DNA of 64,000 nucleotides from Lingula anatina (Eukaryota; Animalia; Brachiopoda), in contig CM120640.1 of the NCBI GenBank assembly GCA_051362555.1, positions 57,948,788 through 58,012,787 of the forward strand, given 5' to 3'. Positions 53,501 to 64,000 of the stretch are shown one piece after another (the first letter of the stretch is position 1; each line of letters opens with the position of its first letter). The notes beneath the pieces were generated by a model. It made no database searches. It saw nothing but the letters and a program-made list of their open reading frames with translations, and was not told where the DNA came from. A program made the position numbers and the translations under genes.

Positions 53501-56500
53501 CCGGCTCCGCCGGCTCCTCTGGCTCCGCCGCCAAGTCACCGTTACCGCTTCTCCTCCTAGACGGTAAGGGCCCCCGTACCCATCTCATGGATTTAGGTCA
53601 CCTATAATCTCAACTCGTTCCACGTAAAATTTGGGCTTTGTCGGTATTGGGGTCTGGGTGTGGCACTCATTGCAATGCACCCTTGTCCAAAAATGGCAAA
53701 ATTAAATGCTAATTATCTACCCTATGGAAGGAATTATGGGAAAAATTTCTACAGACAGCTTTCCAAAAGTCATATGTGTAGATTTCAAATATGCCCTTGG
53801 ATTTGACCTTTGACCTTTACTTCAAGGTCAAATGGGCCAAAATTTTCAAAAAAATGATATTTTTTCCGAAAAAAAAATTTTTTGCCCTGTTATTCAGACA
53901 CCACACCGACTTAACCAATAATATTATTGGAAAGTGTTACCCTTCAGGTCATCTTTCATCTCCATGAATTTGGGGTCAATCGGTGCATTTTCATGGGAGT
54001 AGCGGCCATAAGATACCGAAACTGAAAACTGTCTCTAATTCGGGAACCGTTAATGCTAGAGACCCATTCTTTTTTGCATTTTGTAGAGCATGTAAAGCCC
54101 AACACTGGACGTGGTCTCGGTTTTTTTGTATTCCATACAGTTTTCAAGTTACGCTGTATTAAAAAGTACATATTGGTGGTAAAAGCAAAATGTGCAGTAC
54201 GGTAATGGATAATAAATTTTGAACTCTGGAAAAATAAAACGTAAGGCTTGGCAAAGCAGACAACTGGTGTTCAAAAATGACATTATTTCATCAAATTTGA
54301 ACTTCTGAAACTTCAGAGCACCTCCTATTTCAAGAATTTTGACCAAAATGACATTTTCTTTATTTTAATTAATTTTTTCTGTACGAAATTTAAGGCACAT
54401 TATGGTAACTCCAAAATTATAACGTTTAGTCCCTTGTATCTCCAAAACTGGCAGAGATGGGTCCATAGATACTATTGAAGGTTGAATAGGAAGTCATATA
54501 CTGGCAATCTTACTGTGACCTTGAAATTGACCTTTGACCTACTTTTCACCATGAACTGAACTTTGCAAATTTTGCTTCCCTTTTATCTCCAAAACTGGCA
54601 GAGATAGGTCCATAGTTACTATTGAACTTGAATAGGAAGTCATATACTGGCAATCTAAATGTGATCTTAAAATTGACCTTTGACCTACTTTTCACCATGA
54701 ACTGAACTTTGCAAATTTTGCTTCCCTTTTATCTCCAAAACTGGCAGAGATCGGTCCATAGTTACTATTGAACTTGAATAGAAAGTCATATACTGGCAAT
54801 GTAAATGTGACCTTGAAATTGACCTTTGACCTACTTTTCACCATGAACTGAATTTTGCAAATTTTGCTTCCCTTTTATCTCCAAAACTGGCAGAGATAAG
54901 TCCATAGTTACTATTGAACTTGAATAGGAAGTCATATACTGGCAATCTAAATGTGACCTTAAAATTGACCTTTGACCTACTTTACACCATGAACTGAATT
55001 TTGCAAATTTTGCTTTCCTTTTATCTCTAAAACTGGCTGAGATAGGACCATAGTTACTATTGAAGTTGAATAGGAAGTCATATACTGGCAATCTTACTGT
55101 GACCTTGAAATTGACCTTTGACCTACTTTTCACCATGAACTGAACTTTGCAAATTTTGCTTTCCTTTTATCTCCAAAACTGGCAGAGATAGGTCCATAGT
55201 TACTATTGAACTTGAATAGGAAGTCATATTCTGGCAATATAAATGTGACGTTAAAATTGACCTTTGACCTACTTTTCACCATAAACTGAACTTTGCAAAT
55301 TTTGCTTCCCTTTTATCTCCAAAACTGGCAGAGATAGGTCCATACTTACTATTGAACTTGAATAGGAAGTCATATACTGGCAATCTAAATGTGACGTTAA
55401 AATTGACCTTTGACCTACTTTTCACCATAAACTGAACTTTGCAAATTTTGCTTCCCTTTTATCTCCAAAACTGGCAGAGATAGGTCCATACTTACTATTA
55501 AACTTGAATAGAAAGTCATATACTGGCAATCTTAATGTGACCTTGAAATTGACCTTTGACCTACTTTTCACCATGAACTGAATTTTGCTAATTTTGCTTC
55601 CCTTTTATCTCCAAAACTGGCAGAGATAGGTCCATACTTACTATTGAACTTGAATAGGAAGTCATATACTGGCAATTTACTGTGACCTTGAAATTGACCC
55701 TTGACCTACCTTACGAAGAACTTAAATTTGATTGTACCATATATATTTTTTGCAATAGTTTAAAGATTCTTGTTGATTGCATTTTTACAGCTTGTCAAGC
55801 ACAAAACTGGTGGCTGTGTCCCTTATTTTGTGTATGTGGGGGTCTATACGAATGCGCTTGCTCCAGCTGGTGGTACAATATTCGGAGGCGGTATCGCCTC
55901 TCTGATCCTCTAGTTTGGAAACATAGTCATGGGCATGTCATAGATATCAGCAATGTTGCAAGCACAAATGTGAGGGCTTGATAGATTGAGGAAGGAGGAG
56001 TGCACCCAAATTATCTAATTTAATGTTCAGATCTATGTCTATACAAGAATTAAAGCTCAAGAAGATTAAAATGAAATTATAATTGGACTGTCAAAATTTT
56101 ATTTCTTCTTTAAACCTATATGTTTAGTTTTGTGGAAAGATGTTTTATCTAGTTGTTTTCAGTCAGTTAAAATTGTTAGAGGGAACAGCTTAATAATTCA
56201 ACAAGGACACATTTTACTTGCTACTGGTCATTTTTCTATATTAAAAATAGGAAGTGTGTTATGCTTTATAGTATGTAAGATATGAAAAACAAGGTGTGCG
56301 GGAAGTGGTATGGTTGAAACCTTACAGTTAAGATATGTTTTACTGTTCACAATAGATTTATCTGGAGTGGACAGGTTTCACAACTCAAATCACCCCTGCA
56401 ACCATGTTATGATAGTTGATGTGCTGTTCATCAGTGATTCATATTAATCTCAAGAACATGGGTTTGTACAATGGGATTATTATCAAATCTTATACCGTTT

Positions 56501-57760
56501 TTACAATGCTAGCTGTTTTTATCAAAATGTTAAAATATTTCTTGTAGGCCTTTCAAATTAGTGCCTATTTCTTAAATCCAGCTACTTAAACCAACAAAGT
56601 GAAATTATGCCACCAAATGCATACAGAAACTGGAGTTGTCAGCAATTTGTGTGATGATTTAGCAATCTCTTCCCTTAACATTTGTGGATCCAGCCCCCCC
56701 CCCCCCCCCCCCCCCCCCCCCCCACTTCCATTATACAACTAACTTAAAGAAAACTTTGTATTATGTTGACCACTTGTGCATATTCAGACAACTTCAAAGA
56801 AAATATTGGTTACAAGATGTTTGTGATTACTAAATACTAAAAGATTTCAATTTTTGCCTTAAACTACAAAAACTGTTGAACCTATTGCTGAACTGTTAAA
56901 ATAACATTAGGAAAAGTAATACTTTTTGACTGTTATGAAAATAATATCATGATATGATTTTGCCAAAAATGGTTTAGACTGGCAAATTTATAGCTGCCTA
57001 TCAAACACACACAGTTTTGAATCACATGCAACTTGCAAATACGAGTTTTTCACAGGAAAATGTCATGCTGGGCACCGTTAAACTCTATAATAGTTTCTAA
57101 TTCATGGCAATAAAGATATTTGAACAATTATATATGTCATTACAGAGGAAGGTACAAGTACTTGCAAGGTTTTTTGCTAATGATAGTGCTACCATTCTTT
57201 AACAGGGCATTGTCTATTACCATTTTATATTTGAATGTATATATTTGGAACAATTGTTTATAGAATTATTCATTCATGTCCTTCTTTAGCCCACAGTTAA
57301 CTTGGACACACACTATATAGAGTTCAGCTGTCTTTTTGACTGGTGTTTTCCAGCCTGTTCACATTTCCTTAGAACACTATCATGGTTATACAAGTTTCCT
57401 TTGGGTAATGTTCACATAAAGCACAGGATGCCAACATGTCCAAGGAATTTCCTTTGACCCTTTATCATAAATTCAGTAAGGCTTTTGTATGGCTAATAAT
57501 ATGGTCGGGGAATTTCAGTTTATGAGATCCTACAGCATGGCAAAGGCAAATGGATGCTTGGAGGCTAGTGGATCATTCTGTATCACATTTTCTGCCCACC
57601 AGGACAATTACTCCATTATTGTCATTTATTGCCATATCTAGTTACATGTATTGTTTTGTCTGATCCAGATGAGATTACAATTTGCGTCAGGTCATGTTTC
57701 AATCCTGACTTAATTCAGTTCTCTACTTATAAGCATTATGTTTCAATACGTACTTTAAAA

Positions 57761-57801
<41 letters not shown>

Positions 57802-60374
57802 TAGAGTATTTGAATAAAATATTAATCTCTTTGATTTTAACATTTAAGTTCACTTTCAGTTGCTCCAAAACTAATGCAATAGGGGTAGCTCACATGTCAC
57901 ATTGATCACACTCCTCTCTATCACTCATTGCCCTATATTGTATATGTAGCTGGGTATTTGTGTTTTACTTAAATTTTTATCAGTATTGTGTTTCTTTTCT
58001 TGCAGGAGAATCTGGTTTAGGGAAGTCCACACTGATCAACAGTTTGTTTCTCACAGATATCTACAAGGATAGACAGATACCATCAGTTGAAGGTTAGTTA
58101 CAACTATTTACTTTTATGAAGATACAACATAATGAATAAACTCTAGGCATAGTACAATTATTATTTACAAATCCATAGCACTTTTTCAAACCCTTTCATC
58201 TTAAGGTACTCTAGATCTGTTAAGCATAGGTTTTAACATGGAACCAACTGGAATTTCAGAATTTCCTATTATTTTAAGCTAAGATCTAATAAACGTTTAT
58301 TAGATCTTAGTTTTAAGTCATTACTCTGGGTTTGTTACTATTAATAATTTTCTTGCAATATTTTTATTATTATTTTTTGTTTATTTATTTTGACATTTTA
58401 TCTTACTACTTTGATATCCTCTATATAAGAGGTATTTTATGATAGATACATTTCTCAAGCCAGAGGTAGAAAACCTGCTCCTTAATCCATTCTTACAACA
58501 ATAGCCATGTGATACAATATACAGCACAAAGGAAATGCTGTCATGGGAGCATTTCAACTATGAAACTTGCATTCAAACTAGAAAATACTTCCCACTTTTG
58601 TGTGTTTACTATGAGCGCATTCTCAACGAATTAAGCCAGGCTTTACAAAGCCGGTGACCTAAAAATGGCGGACGTACATGAAAGAAAAACCGCCTAATCT
58701 TTTAATAGTCTCTCCGCCTCTCACACGCCTCCCCACACGTCGTCCCTGCGGGGTACAGTAATTAAATCTCGGCTCCGAACATTAATATTTCCGTGAATAT
58801 CTCTGGTGATATTATCTCCGTAGATAGTCGATTCATTGCTGCTCTACGGGCCAAATTATTCCTTTTTCGTCTCTGTTTTCAAAGATAATAGAACAGAAGA
58901 GCTTTTTTCCTTCGATCGCCTTCAGCCGCCATGCTTTCTTCACCACGAGTTTAACTGATGAGCATGCGCACTTAATATTTCTCAGGTAGCTTCCGCATGG
59001 CGAACGGAGCCGAGATTTAATTACTGTACCCCGCAGGGACGACGTGTGGGGAGGCGGAGAGACTATTAAAAGATTAGGCGGTTTTTCTTTCATGTACGTC
59101 CGCCATTTTTAGGTCACCGGCTTTGTAAAGCCTGGCTTAATTCGTTGAGAATGCGCTCTATGTCATTTATCTTCACCGTGTGGCATTCACCGTGTGACAT
59201 AGAAAAAAACATGGCATCTTCCATCTTTCCATGTCTGCTAAGAAATTGTTTTAAAAATAAAGACAAAATGTACTAATTTCAAAAACGTATACATATTTTC
59301 AGATAGAATGACAAAAACAGTTGAAATAGAAAAGCGCCAAATAGATATAGAAGAAAGAGGGGTGAGGCTTAGGTTGACTGTGGTAGACACACCAGGCTAT
59401 AGTGATGCTCTCAATACACAGGACTGGTAAGTGAGTGCAGGGAAGCAAGGACAAAGGAAATTGTGTGTCTCTGAAAGAAAATTAAATAAATTGGAAAGTC
59501 AAGCAAGTAGATGAAGTTCCTTTAGAAACTGGACAGTCAATACACTGTAGGGAGCTGAATAAAGATGCATTCTTAGGATGCCTATTAGTGAAATACATGT
59601 ATAAGTCAAGTGTCATGTAACATGGAGTTATGTAGATATTAAGCAGGAGATGAATTTTGTGAATGACAGCTTAGATAGTTTCACACAAATTTAATCAAAT
59701 ATATTATGTACTGTTCTAGGGTAATCAGTTGATTCAAATTAGATTTGCATTTTATTGAATGGGTGTTGTTGGATAGAATGATTGGAATTATTATTCAGAA
59801 TGATTAATGAAAAGAAACTGACAAGTAACCTCACTGCCAGAAAAAAGACACACTGTCATCCTTCTCTTTGATGATCTGAAGGCACAAATGGTTTTACTTA
59901 TACTGGAATTAACCAAAACTTTACCTGAACCATAAGTGTGTGGAATAAGAATTATCAATGAATTCTATGTAAAGCCATCTGTTAATGTATTATGATTTTA
60001 CTTTTTACCAGTCTATTGCTGGTGTATGTTTAGCTCCTTAGCTTCATTCTGTATTCATTAATATATTTCATCATTGATTCTGCTTGTTTTAGTTCTATTA
60101 CTTTTTTCATATCTAGCTGCAAAGCAGTGGAAAACTTTGTAGACGAACAGTTTGCACAGTATTTTAAGGATGAAAGTGGAGTTAATAGAAGAAATATTCA
60201 AGACAGTCGAGTCCACTGCTGTCTATACTTTATATCTCCCTGTGGCCATGGGTAAGTGGGATTTTTTTTCTTAACACATTCAGTATTTTTGCTTCCATGC
60301 ATTATTTTAGAAAATTTGACCTTTTTTATTAATTAAACAAAAGAAATATCTTCATATGTCAGATATATTCTTTT

Positions 60375-60454
<80 letters not shown>

Positions 60455-61392
60455 AATTTGTATGGAAATGGAATGGAATAAGTAAACATCAAAGGCAATC
60501 TCAGGAATGGTAATTGTAACATGCTGTAAATTGGCAAGTTGGTATTCTGGAACTTTTAGGCTAAAACAAGTGGATGTAGAGTTCATGAAACAACTTCATG
60601 AAAAGGTGAACATAGTTCCCATCATTGCCAAAGCTGACACACTGACTGCTGCTGAAGTATACAAGTTAAAAAACAGAGTAAGTGAAATGTAGAAATATTT
60701 TATTGTTAAATATTGTTAAATTGTCAAATGCTAACAGTGGGGAAAGAGCCTATTCCAACCATTATAATTGCACATTCAGTTTCTGGCCAGCACATTTAGG
60801 TTAGCTGAACTTTGGTTACCACTGAGTCATATGCCTAAAACTCTACACGAAGTTTGACTCTTCTGTGTCACTTGAGTATATAACATTGGATCTAGTGTCC
60901 ACTAGTGTGATCATTGTGTAAGACCTTACTAGCAAATATGGCCACATTCAAGTTTTTTTTCTATTTTTGTTAATGATTATTTGTGCTTTGAAGTTCCTCC
61001 ACTTCATCTTTTTTAAACTCACTGAGATAGATTGCCACTGTTGACTTTTTAGCTCTAGAGATTTGACATAGAAATTTTATATAGACTTGTTCCTATCTAA
61101 AGAACATCGATAAATTGTCTGCAATTCAGAGTTAATAAGCATTGATATTTGCACCTTCAGTAAGTGAAGATTCCCATTTACAGATTATACAGATTCCAGT
61201 CAGAGCTCAGTTAGCTGCATGAATATATGCAGAGTTTCCAACAGTTTTATTTATTTATTTATTTTTTTTTTTTTTTTTGCATATCTCAAAAAAGTACAGA
61301 TCTCAAAAAATAAAAAAATACAAAATTGCTTAAAAACTATATAAAAATCACTCTCACTCATCTTCTTTCACAAACAGACACTCAGTCATTTG

Positions 61393-61478
<86 letters not shown>

Positions 61479-63031
61479 TGTAACATTTACAATATGTGTC
61501 AACAACGATATGTTGATAACCTAATAGTAAAATACTTGATAACACTTCATAAATAATACAAAGCTTTCCAACAGTTTTGATTCTGAGGTTATTGAGGACC
61601 CCCCCTTCCCCCCAACACACACACACACAAACACACACACACAAACACACACACACACATGAAGAAACCAAGATCACTGCTAAATAATCACTCTTCAAAA
61701 ATGGTGGAATTTTTTTTTCATGTCAAGAACTGACAAAGGAAGCCACATATTTAGAAAAATATATGTAACACTATTAAACACTATAATGAATCTAAGAAAT
61801 GGCAATAAGTTTTACATTTTTACATAAGCTCTTTCTCATATCTCCCATTTTAAAAATTTGAAGCACTGACAACATATCATGTGCCAAGTACAGTTGCAAA
61901 TAACAGTGCAATGCCATATTGTGTTGCAAAATGATGGTCAACGAAACCTATTAACTTAATAATTTAACTCAACTCTTTCTGTTGTTAGTGAGCTGCATTA
62001 CAGCACAGTGCATCCTTTAAAGATATATAGACTGCCCTGTTCTATTCAAAATCTTACCTAAATACCAACCCATGTAAATTTGGCTACAAATGTAACAAAA
62101 ATGTTTCCCTAAATTCAAGCTTATGGCAAGTTAAGTGTTTTGGCTGAAACAGTAAAATTTCCTACAAAATCTTGATAGTATGGTGATCCAATTATGCCAG
62201 ATATACTGCTTGCACAGGTTTCTCCAAACCTAATATTTTCATTTATTTTGAGCATGTGTTTCCGTGAGTAATTTCAAATGTTTCTACTGTTTGTGTAATT
62301 AACTTTTATGGTTTTACTGTGATGCTGAGTCAGGCTGTGATGTAAACTTTGCAGTCAGTACCAACCAGGTACTGCTTATTTGAAACAGAATCCAGTATTT
62401 GAAAGTATACACATTTATATTTATAAAATGAGTTTTTTCCCTTCACTTTTTGTTCAAATTCAGTTGCAACATTTTGTCAGTGATGATTCAAACTGAATGA
62501 ATCCCGATAAATGAAATGCCTTTGTGGTGCTTGCTTTTTCTGTTATGTTTTTCCCTTTTAAAAAAAATGTTGATTTATTCATTCACTTCATAAGTTCCTT
62601 CTTCTTATTATTATTTCTTTTTTTAGTTTTGTACTGCATGGAACAGTTATAGATTGACCTTACCAGTTGATGAATACATCCATCAATTTTTTTAAATGAG
62701 CACACAATGAAACACCTTTTGGTGAAATAACTGACCAGAATACTTATAGGGTCCATTTTATCTAACACCAAAACCACCACAAATCCCCACATGCACACAC
62801 CTACATTGATGTATTCTATGCAATTATTGTCTCTTGAAATGTCAGTCTAGCAAGCATTTTCTGATCTTCCCTTTTAAAGGTTCAAATGTTTTCAGCCAAA
62901 ACACATTTTTGTGTCTTCTCTTATGACAGGTACTTCAAGAGATAGATGAACATGGCATCAAAATTTATGAGTTTCCGGACTGTGACAGTGATGAAGATGA
63001 AGACTTCAAACAACAAGACAAGGAACTCAAG
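40695..63031 (+). CDS. Second SEPT2-group septin, SEPT4/SEPT5-like (Drosophila Sep4-like), 3' partial
   Basis: Core exons 52378-52471, 58006-58092, 59303-59426, 60117-60251, 60560-60677, 62930-63031 give [54 protein letters not shown]...DTPGYSD...[30 protein letters not shown]...AKAD...[20 protein letters not shown] (SEPT4/5-type signatures). The upstream exons 40695-40752 and 42551-42642 are inferred from splice signals and phase only. The remaining exons lie beyond the right edge. Confidence 0.85.
45082..45096 (+). CDS. Candidate short alternative first coding exon of the second septin (MNKPK)
   Basis: Good start context gcaccATG, followed by a strong phase-0 donor AAG|GTAAGA compatible with exon 52378. 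Confidence 0.55.
47549..47625. repeat. (TA)n microsatellite followed by poly-T
   Basis: Read directly from the sequence. Confidence 0.95.
48014..48087. repeat. Compound (AT)n(AG)n microsatellite
   Basis: Read directly from the sequence. Confidence 0.95.
49229..49300 (+). CDS. Candidate polybasic alternative first coding exon of the second septin ([24 protein letters not shown])
   Basis: 24 open codons from the ATG, ending at a phase-0 donor CAG|GTAGGC compatible with exon 52378. Confidence 0.35.
50523..50574. repeat. (AT)n microsatellite
   Basis: Read directly from the sequence. Confidence 0.95.
53439..55915 (+). mobile_element. Non-autonomous Helentron/HINE (DINE-1- or pearl/CvA-like) element with an internal tandem array, in an intron of the second septin
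   Basis: 5' subterminal IR ATTGTACCACCAGC (53439-53452) also folds back locally (TGTACCACCAGCG-TAGG-CGCTGGCGGTACA). It is followed by short (CCGGCT)-like repeats and a central 146-bp array. The 3' subterminal IR GCTGGTGGTACAAT (55866-55879) is the exact reverse complement. A 3' stem-loop GAGGCG-GTAT-CGCCTC (55885-55900) precedes the end CTAGTTT. Confidence 0.8.
54437..55710. repeat. Tandem array of about 8.7 highly similar 146-bp monomers
   Basis: The anchor TATCTCCAAAACTGGCAGAGA (one copy varies) recurs at 54437, 54584, 54730, 54876, 55022, 55168, 55314, 55460 and 55606, giving a 146-147 bp period. Confidence 0.95.
56694..56723. repeat. Poly-C tract of about 30 nt (G-quadruplex-capable on the minus strand)
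   Basis: Read directly from the sequence. Confidence 0.9.
58279..58310. repeat. Perfect 32-bp palindrome
   Basis: CTAAGATCTAATAAAC|GTTTATTAGATCTTAG is self-complementary with no spacer. Confidence 0.9.
58613..59158. mobile_element. MITE / non-autonomous DNA transposon with about 154-bp terminal inverted repeats and a 3-bp TAT target-site duplication
   Basis: The left arm 58613-58777 (GAGCGCATTCTCAACGAATTAAGCCAGG...) is the reverse complement of the right arm 59005-59158, apart from an 11-nt internal duplication. TAT flanks both ends. It is CpG-rich against a CpG-poor intron. Confidence 0.9.
60379..60452. repeat. (GT)37 microsatellite
   Basis: Read directly from the sequence. Confidence 0.95.
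61395..61474. repeat. (AT)40 microsatellite
   Basis: Read directly from the sequence. Confidence 0.95.
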
Positions 63032-63250
63032 GTATGTTAACCAAGATAAAAGGGAGATGAAATCTTACTTTTTTCCAATTAAACACTTTTACAGAGTTAT
63101 CCTGTCCTCAAACAATGACCCTACACCTGTGCTCTAGATTTATTTTTTTCAGTGAGAAACAAAAGCTTTCTATTTATTACAGACTATACTTTGCATCATA
63201 CTATATTTAATTCTTTAAATTCTTTTTTTCACCAGTGTGATATTTGGTTG

Positions 63251-63292
<42 letters not shown>
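63251..63292. repeat. (ATT)n microsatellite
   Basis: Read directly from the sequence. Confidence 0.95.
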
Positions 63293-64000
63293 TTACATAT
63301 ATTCTCTGGCTACATACTAGCTTGGATCCATTGTTTGGTGCAATTAAGATTGGAATTCAGATTTTTACACAGATTAATAAGTTTGTTGCTGTAAACTCCA
63401 CCAAACTGTTCAAGCGTTGATTCAGAAACTAAAGTTTCATTCTTTGGACTCTGAATTCAGAATGCAGCTCTATGAAAACCTCTCCCTAACTGACTGTCCA
63501 TGCATAGTTGTATGGAGCTGGCATTGTGATAACTTATCTGTGCCAGTATGTTCTAAAGGTCATTTAATTTAGATGACCAGACTTTACTCTCTTTAAGTAG
63601 AATTGTTTGTCTGAAATCAAAGCATTTAGTTGGGGAAAAATGCATGACGAAGCACCATTTTTTTATTCACTTGGTACAACATAAGTAAAGGTGTACATAA
63701 ACACCTGGAAATTGAATTATTATGGTTCAGTAGCTGTCAATGGGCAGCTTCTACATAAAAGGAAAATATTGCAGGTTTCCATTACTTGTCAGCCAGAATA
63801 TAACTTTTTCCAGAGAAAATGATTAATTTCCAGGGCAGCATTAGCTGTTTTGTTAGGGGATTTTTTGAGGTGATTAGTGGTGTAAAGTCACATCAGTTGC
63901 AATAAAATTAAAAAGCCAACAAGCTGTCTATGAGATTGATCATGCTTATTGCATACAGCAGCAACAATTTTCTAACAATGTATTGGGGGTGTTAACTACA

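Noticed and set aside
54437-55710. Regular repeats resembling a CRISPR array, and ORF 54831-55136
   Set aside because: The monomers are contiguous with no unique spacers, no cas genes are present and the context is eukaryotic. The ORF is just the translated repeat.
614-63031. U12-type (minor) introns
   Set aside because: All reconstructed introns are GT-AG and none has the GTATCCTT or ATATCCTT donor.

Overview
AT-rich, intron-rich genomic DNA from an invertebrate animal, probably a lophotrochozoan or mollusc (inferred from sequence style and repeat types only). Four spliced protein-coding genes were rebuilt by hand using GT-AG boundaries and codon-phase continuity. (1) CUX1/CASP on the minus strand: 11 coding exons from 16371 to 614, running off the left edge at the point where vertebrate CUX1 and CASP isoforms diverge. 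(2) A complete NUP88 on the plus strand (15 exons, about 711 aa), head-to-head with CUX1/CASP across a 265-bp bidirectional promoter. (3) A complete SEPT2-like septin (about 383 aa) with an 11-nt microexon. (4) A tandem SEPT4/5-like septin with up to three alternative N-terminal starts, running off the right edge. Repeats include a Helentron/HINE-type element carrying about 8.7 copies of a 146-bp monomer rich in nuclear-receptor motifs, two MITEs and many microsatellites. The strongest unexplained signal is four dense clusters of the CUT-class binding motif ATC(A/G)AT inside the introns of the Cut gene itself, suggesting autoregulatory enhancers. No rRNA, tRNA or CRISPR array was recognised. 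All coordinates and counts come from manual reading.
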